A stretch of DNA of 64,000 nt from an uncultured Flavobacteriales bacterium. GTDB lineage: Bacteria; Pseudomonadota; Alphaproteobacteria; UBA8366; CAVOAK01. Location: contig CAYQNO010000019.1 of assembly GCA_964419045.1 (NCBI GenBank), forward strand, positions 413,918 through 477,917, in the 5' to 3' direction. The position numbers were made by a program, and so were the translations under genes. Position 1 is the stretch's first letter. Each line of letters begins with the position of its first letter. Positions 58,668-64,000 of this stretch are shown piece by piece. The notes under the pieces are model-generated. The model was not told where the DNA came from and ran no database searches. It saw only the letters and a program-made list of their open reading frames with translations.

Positions 58668-60866
58668 ATGGCTGCCAACGTAACAGAACTGCCTCGTGCT
58701 GGACGGCATGTTGTCAAGACGGATTTGACAGATTTTCGTGTCGAAAGGGAACGAGCCAATAAAACCCGGCGTCGACTGTTTGTTGCATCAGTATTGGTGT
58801 CGCTCGTTTGGCTTGGGTCGTGTGTCTCCTATATTGGTATTTATCTTGGCTGGGGCATATTTTTTCATATGCTGCCGCATGAGATTGGTGCGCTCTTAGC
58901 CGGAATTGTTTTACCGTTGATAGCGCTTTGGGTAACTGTCGCGTTCACCGGTCGCGGGAGTGACATACGTCACCAGACGGAGATGCTACAGCGGCAGCTT
59001 GAAATGTTAACCTATCCGGCCGAAGAGGCAGAGACTCGGATAGAAGAGATATCTGAAGCACTGCGTCGTCAGACCGATGAGCTCAATAAGGCAAGTGACC
59101 GAGCCGAGGTGCAGCTACGCGAGTTGGCCTTAACACAGAGCCAACACATCGATAATTTGACATTGATCACCGACCGAGCTTCAAGCGAAGCAGTTGAGAT
59201 GCGGGCTTCGCTTTCTCAACAGGCCTCATCGCTTGGAGTTCTTGTCGACCGCTTCGAAGTCCAACAAAAGTCGGTTAGTGAAGTGGTCGAACAGCAGATA
59301 CGGAGTTTATCGGATGCAGCGGGTGGCGTGCGTAAGCAGACTGAGGAAGTTGGTGGAGTTCTCCGAGAGCAGGCTGAGCTGCTTTCTAATGTATCGAAAA
59401 ACTCAGTGGGCCAGGCTAAAGATATAGGTGTTTTGTTCCGCGAATATACCGAAATACTCGATAAGACTTCGAAAGGCGCTGTAGATAGAGCAAGTGTCAT
59501 TGAAGAACGCATGGCACAAAGCACGAATCGACTTAATGCTACCAGTGAACTTTCTGTCTTGCGAGCAGAAGAAATAGGAGAAACGGTCCTCCAATATACA
59601 ACCGATCTGAAACATGCGTTTAATCACTCAGCAGAAAATGTGGTTAAAATCCGCGAGGTTTTGGTTCAGGATAAAAAACAATTAAATTCCCTAGTTGAAC
59701 AACTAGCTGAGCAATCAAAATTGATCGAGGGGTCTGTTACCGAGCGGTGGCAAGAGTTGGAGAACATGTCGCAAAGTGTAGGTAGCCGGGCTCAGGACTT
59801 AAGCTCTAATTTGCAACGCCAGGTAAATCAACTTGAAGCACTCGCTGGTTCAGCGAGTGGCCGCGTATTAGAGGCTGGCAGTGTATTCGCATCTGAGACG
59901 ACTGTGATGAAGGGGGCTCTTAGCGATACGTTAGAATTAATGCAGGAGGTGTCGAACCGTTTTTGTGAACAAACGGAACAACTGACGACAGCCTCGATAA
60001 AGGCTAAATCTCAGGTCAGCGATAACTGTGTGGCATTAAGCAGTCAGTCAGAGGCGTTGGCTCAGATTGCCGCTGATGTGACTAAGGCGATGAAGGCCGT
60101 CGGAGACTTATTCACTCAACAAACAAGTGGACTTGTTAATACATCAGAGACCGTATCAGCTCGCCTGTCGATTCTCACAGAGGCTCTTAATCAACAGATA
60201 CGTGATCTTAATGACACGACGGATCAGGCAAATCGAGAAGTGGGGAAAGTAAATGAATTGTTAGAGAAACAGAGCGAGAGAATCTTAAACTCAACTTCGA
60301 AGTCTCAAATCGATGTTCGAAATATGGAAAAGACAGCCAAAAACCTTACTCAAAATTTGGAGTTGGCTCTGGATTCAGCGATGTTTAAGGCCACTGAGAC
60401 GAGCAGAGTGTTTGATGAGCAGGCAAGACTTCTGACACAGGCATCAGTAGATGCAGAAGAGCAAGGTAAGCAGCTCAGTGAAAAAGAGCTGGCAGGTCGC
60501 CGTGATTTGTTTCTCAAGACCGCGCGTTTCATTTTAGAAGACTTAAATTCAACAGCTATTGACCTGACGCGCATAATATACGGTGAGGTATCTGAGGCAG
60601 ACTGGAAGCGTTATACGAAAGGCGATCGAGGTGTGTTTACGAGGGCATTAATGAACGATCGTAATTCTTCGATGATCTCGACTGTTAGACAAAAAATGCA
60701 AGAAGACCGAGAGATGCGGAGCTATGTGATGCGATATGTTGACCAGTTTAATCGACTGCTCAAGGAGGCAGAGGATAGTGATCCCGAGAATCTCCTGCAT
60801 GCGACTTTCATGACTGCTGATGTGGGTAAGTTATATGTTATGCTGTGTGGCGTAGTCGGCCGTTGA
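58668..60866 (+). CDS. Membrane-anchored long coiled-coil protein of unknown function
   Basis: About 732 aa. Two N-terminal TM segments (LFVASVLVSLVWLGSCVSYIGIYL, IGALLAGIVLPLIALWVTVAF), about 500 aa of Q/E/S/L-rich helix-prone sequence, and a distinct C-terminal domain (DWKRYTKGDRGVFTRALM...ADVGKLYVMLCGVVGR). The start may be TTG 58662. Confidence 0.7.
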   Translation: MAANVTELPRAGRHVVKTDLTDFRVERERANKTRRRLFVASVLVSLVWLGSCVSYIGIYLGWGIFFHMLPHEIGALLAGIVLPLIALWVTVAFTGRGSDIRHQTEMLQRQLEMLTYPAEEAETRIEEISEALRRQTDELNKASDRAEVQLRELALTQSQHIDNLTLITDRASSEAVEMRASLSQQASSLGVLVDRFEVQQKSVSEVVEQQIRSLSDAAGGVRKQTEEVGGVLREQAELLSNVSKNSVGQAKDIGVLFREYTEILDKTSKGAVDRASVIEERMAQSTNRLNATSELSVLRAEEIGETVLQYTTDLKHAFNHSAENVVKIREVLVQDKKQLNSLVEQLAEQSKLIEGSVTERWQELENMSQSVGSRAQDLSSNLQRQVNQLEALAGSASGRVLEAGSVFASETTVMKGALSDTLELMQEVSNRFCEQTEQLTTASIKAKSQVSDNCVALSSQSEALAQIAADVTKAMKAVGDLFTQQTSGLVNTSETVSARLSILTEALNQQIRDLNDTTDQANREVGKVNELLEKQSERILNSTSKSQIDVRNMEKTAKNLTQNLELALDSAMFKATETSRVFDEQARLLTQASVDAEEQGKQLSEKELAGRRDLFLKTARFILEDLNSTAIDLTRIIYGEVSEADWKRYTKGDRGVFTRALMNDRNSSMISTVRQKMQEDREMRSYVMRYVDQFNRLLKEAEDSDPENLLHATFMTADVGKLYVMLCGVVGR

Positions 60867-60976
60867 ACTTGAGGTTATAATCTAATTGGTGCTGGCTGCA
60901 GAATGCCTAAGCGGTGATGACATCGTGGATTCGATGTTTCGGTGATCAAAATCGGATGACCGTGAGACGCAGATAA

Positions 60977-61975
60977 ATGCCGAGAAAATCTGAAGTAACA
61001 ACAGTGTCTAATATCGTAAAAGAAGTTTTGGCTGGCGATCGCCGAGCGATTGCTCAAGCTATAACCCTGGTTGAATCGATACACGAAGAGCATCGCGAAA
61101 TAGCTGAAGAAATGCTGGAAGTTCTTCTACCTCACAGCGGTTGCTCAATACGTGTTGCCGTAACTGGACTGCCTGGCGTTGGAAAGTCCAGCTTTATAGA
61201 GGCAATAGGATTGCGTGCAATTGACAATGGCCACCGAGTAGCAGTTCTCGCAGTTGATCCCTCGTCGAGTCTAAGTGGCGGGTCTATATTAGGCGACAAG
61301 ACTAGGATGAAGGAACTGGGACGAAGTCATAATGCTTTTGTTCGACCATCGCCAACTGGTGGTGCATTGGGGGGTGTTACCAGGCGTAGTCGAGAGGTCG
61401 TGATAATCTTCGAGGCTGCAGGTTATGATTTTGTATTGGTTGAGACAGTTGGAGTAGGTCAATCTGAAACGTCTGCGGCAGATATGACAGATATTTTTAT
61501 TTTAATGTTGCTCCCAGGTGCTGGGGATGAGCTTCAGGGTATAAAACGAGGTGTAGTGGAATTAGCCGACCTAATTCTAATCAACAAAGCTGATGGTGAA
61601 TTGGCTAAACAAGCGGCGCAGACAGCAGTCGACTATCTTGCTGCCCAAGGAATACCGAGGTCTTCCAATCCCAACCGAACTATTCCTATCAAAACATGTT
61701 CTATGCTCGATGGAGTGAGTGTAGAAGAAATTTGGACGCTAGTTGGTCAACTGAGAGTAGATCTCGAGAGTTCTGGTGAATTAGTACGTCGCCGCTTTAC
61801 TCAGGCACTATCTTGGGTGTGGTCAGAAATAGGAGAGGAGAAAAAGGTTAAATTTAAGACACATGACTCCGTAATGCGTGTGCTCCCGTTGATCGAAAAG
61901 GATGTTGCTGAGAGGCGAATAACCCCAAAAACGGGTGCACGTCTTATACTCGAAGCCTTCCGCGACAGTAATTGA
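60977..61975 (+). CDS. meaB: Methylmalonyl-CoA mutase-associated G3E GTPase MeaB
   Basis: 332 aa. GLPGVGKSSFIE, DPSSSLSGGSILGDKTRM, ETVGVGQSE, INKADG. Confidence 0.93.
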   Translation: MPRKSEVTTVSNIVKEVLAGDRRAIAQAITLVESIHEEHREIAEEMLEVLLPHSGCSIRVAVTGLPGVGKSSFIEAIGLRAIDNGHRVAVLAVDPSSSLSGGSILGDKTRMKELGRSHNAFVRPSPTGGALGGVTRRSREVVIIFEAAGYDFVLVETVGVGQSETSAADMTDIFILMLLPGAGDELQGIKRGVVELADLILINKADGELAKQAAQTAVDYLAAQGIPRSSNPNRTIPIKTCSMLDGVSVEEIWTLVGQLRVDLESSGELVRRRFTQALSWVWSEIGEEKKVKFKTHDSVMRVLPLIEKDVAERRITPKTGARLILEAFRDSN

Positions 61976-62091
61976 GTACCGAAGTCCGCTTGACGACATT
62001 AGCTTCTGTGCACTAAAAGACCGCTCTTGAGTCTGGGGCGGGTTTATAATACTGGCTAGACTTGGTTATTTACTTGAGAGAGGGAAATTTG

Positions 62092-62379
62092 ATGGCGCGG
62101 CGGTGTGCAATCACTGGCAAGGGTGTGCAGTATGGAAATAACGTTAGCCATGCACACAACAAATCGCGGAGGCAGTTTTTCCCGAACTTGCAATATACTT
62201 CGGTTCAAAGCGATGTATTAGGTCGAATGGTTCGACTCAGAGTAACGCCGCACGGTTTGAGGACTATCGAGGCAAAGGGAGGACTCGATGCGTACCTTAT
62301 GGGCACCACTGATCGCAAACTTACTATAGAGGCAAGACAGATAAAAAAAAGAATAAAGAAAGTTATCGCCGCCGCATAA
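62092..62379 (+). CDS. rpmB: 50S ribosomal protein L28
   Basis: MARRCAITGKGVQYGNNVSHAHNKSRRQFFPNLQ is the canonical L28 N-terminus. The internal ATG at 62092 is taken as the start (GAGAGAGGGAAA RBS upstream). Confidence 0.93.
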   Translation: MARRCAITGKGVQYGNNVSHAHNKSRRQFFPNLQYTSVQSDVLGRMVRLRVTPHGLRTIEAKGGLDAYLMGTTDRKLTIEARQIKKRIKKVIAAA

Positions 62380-62471
62380 ACGTCGTACTTTGAAGCGATC
62401 GTTTGTCCAGCTGACAATTTGTCAAGACTCTGTGTTACATTCGATTAGAGTGTCTGGAGTTTGGAGCGAAT

Positions 62472-63275
62472 ATGCCTCTCTCCCCCGAAGCCCTAATTAC
62501 TATTCTTAATAGACATGCAACGGAAGTCGTATGGCTGCTGATGATTGCAGTTTGTTTCGGTACAATTCTTTTCATGTTACGAATGTTTGGCAAGGTGGGG
62601 CTGCAAGTCTATGTAGTTGTGGCCATAATTATCGCGAATATTCAGGTTCTAAAGGTGGTAAAATTTTCATTTTACTCTGAACCAGTAGCGCTTGGTACAG
62701 TGTTGTTCGCCACAACTTACCTATGTACAGATATTCTCGCCGAACACTATGGTCGTGCGGCTGCACGACAAACGGTGTTTCTCGGGTTTGTTGCATATCT
62801 ATTTTCTACTATTATCATGGTTCTTACATTAGGATTCTCGCCACTTATGCCAGAAAATGTAGGTGATGACATGGCCTGGGCGTCGAAGAATCATCAACAT
62901 ATGTTTGTACTTTTCAGTCCCGCCCCGGCGATTTTTGCAGCTGGTATGACTGCTTATCTGATAAGTCAGTTTCACGATATCTGGCTATATCATCTCGTCA
63001 AACGACTCACCGATGGTCGATGGTTGTGGCTACGTAATAATGTTTCAACTGCTGTGTCGGCACTGATTGATAATGCAATTTTTAGTGTTCTTGCCTGGAT
63101 AATTTTTTCATCTGAACCACTGCCTTGGTACACCGTGGTTTATACATACATCCTCGGAACGTACTGGTTGCGACTTTTGGTCGCGACTATGGATACCCCA
63201 ATCATCTACCTTGCTCGTTTTGTCAGTCCCAATGATAAAACAGTAGATATAGGTGACAGTAGACGGAAGGACTAA
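62472..63275 (+). CDS. yhhQ: Queuosine-precursor transporter (YhhQ / DUF165 / VUT family)
   Basis: 267 aa with about 6 TM helices. ATTYLCTDILAEHYG, SQFHDIWLYHLVKR, VSALIDNAIF are typical of DUF165. Confidence 0.8.
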   Translation: MPLSPEALITILNRHATEVVWLLMIAVCFGTILFMLRMFGKVGLQVYVVVAIIIANIQVLKVVKFSFYSEPVALGTVLFATTYLCTDILAEHYGRAAARQTVFLGFVAYLFSTIIMVLTLGFSPLMPENVGDDMAWASKNHQHMFVLFSPAPAIFAAGMTAYLISQFHDIWLYHLVKRLTDGRWLWLRNNVSTAVSALIDNAIFSVLAWIIFSSEPLPWYTVVYTYILGTYWLRLLVATMDTPIIYLARFVSPNDKTVDIGDSRRKD

Positions 63276-63321
63276 CAATGATTATTGCTGGGTCCCATGT
63301 ATCATGTAAAAGACAAGAACA

Positions 63322-64000
63322 ATGTCTGACTACCCAGGGTTTAGTTTTACAGTTCTGAACCAAGATAAGGTATCGCGTGCGCGCCTAGGTCTGCTGACTA
63401 CGCCACACGGTACGATTGAAACGCCAGCGTTTGTATTTTGCGCGACGAAAGCTTCTGTCAAAGCAGCCACTCCGCGCGACCTAAAGGAACACAACGTCGA
63501 TATCATCCTTGCTAATACCTATCATCTGAAGTTACAGCCGGGACCCGAGTTGATCGAACAAATGGGGGGACTACACAAGTTTATGGGCTGGGATGGCCCT
63601 ATAATAACCGATAGTGGTGGGTTCCAGATTTTTAGCTTGGGTCATGGGTCCGTCGCTGAGGAAGTCAAAGGCCACAGAAAAGAGAGCCGATCTAACTTGT
63701 TACTCGATATAAGTGAGGAAGGAGCCACCTTTCGTTCCTATATTGACGGCACCATTCATAAATTAACACCAGAGTTATCGATTGATATTCAACGGAAGCT
63801 CGGCCCCGATCTGGTGGTGACATTGGATGAATGCACACCTTTTCATGTTGATCGAGACTACACTGCTCGCTCACTGGAGTTAACAAACCGATGGGCTGAC
63901 AGGTCACTTATGGAATTCGAACGCGGTGCGGACGGACGCCAGGCGCTATACGGTGTTCTTCAGGGAGGTGTTTACGACGACTTGCGTCGCGAAGCAGCTT
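63322..64000 (+). CDS. tgt: tRNA-guanine transglycosylase (queuine tRNA-ribosyltransferase), N-terminal part; runs off the window end
   Basis: Absent from the ORF track (no stop in the window). My translation from ATG 63322 gives MSDYPGFSFTVLNQDKVSRARLGLLTTPHGTIETPAFVF...ILANTYHL...ITDSGGFQIFSL...LDECTP, matching Tgt motifs. Confidence 0.9.
   Translation, partial: MSDYPGFSFTVLNQDKVSRARLGLLTTPHGTIETPAFVFCATKASVKAATPRDLKEHNVDIILANTYHLKLQPGPELIEQMGGLHKFMGWDGPIITDSGGFQIFSLGHGSVAEEVKGHRKESRSNLLLDISEEGATFRSYIDGTIHKLTPELSIDIQRKLGPDLVVTLDECTPFHVDRDYTARSLELTNRWADRSLMEFERGADGRQALYGVLQGGVYDDLRREAA

Noticed and set aside
62380-62471. preQ1 riboswitch upstream of yhhQ.
   Set aside because: No short P1 hairpin followed by an A-rich ACUA tail is visible. 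A covariance-model scan would be needed for certainty.
1-64000. Scan for CRISPR arrays, IS elements, rRNA, additional tRNAs, toxin-antitoxin pairs or defence islands.
   Set aside because: I saw no spaced direct repeats, terminal inverted repeats with a transposase, or T-arm GTTCGAATC-type motifs beyond the single tRNA-Gly. A by-eye scan cannot exclude short dispersed repeats.

Overview
The window reads as a syntenic, mostly housekeeping stretch of an alphaproteobacterial chromosome with moderate-to-low GC. The taxonomic call is an inference from class I LysRS, the lspA-DUF3035-M16 pair, the msbA-DUF374-waaA-lpxK-lpxL lipid A block, COX15-type heme A synthase and soxBDAG; a marine SAR116- or Rhodospirillales-like lineage is plausible but unproven. 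About 55 genes are tightly packed, with one tRNA-Gly(CCC). I found no rRNA, CRISPR array, transposase, integrase, prophage or recognisable defence system. All identifications rest on my reading of the ORF-track translations, conserved motifs and my own translation of two window-edge genes (trkH at the 5' edge, tgt at the 3' edge). No database search was run. There is no convincing evidence for a dramatic new system. The best candidates for under-described biology are: (1) a MerF-like 81-aa membrane protein translationally coupled (ATGA overlap) to a His-rich COG0523 metallochaperone GTPase, outside any mer operon; (2) an adrenodoxin-reductase-type flavoprotein directly upstream of COX15-type heme A synthase, echoing the eukaryotic Arh1/Yah1/Cox15 relationship; (3) a DUF898 polytopic membrane protein coupled to a membrane M48 metallopeptidase; (4) a 734-aa membrane-anchored coiled-coil protein inserted between methylmalonyl-CoA mutase and its G-protein chaperone MeaB; (5) an orphan groES with no groEL and only a degenerate CIRCE-like inverted repeat.
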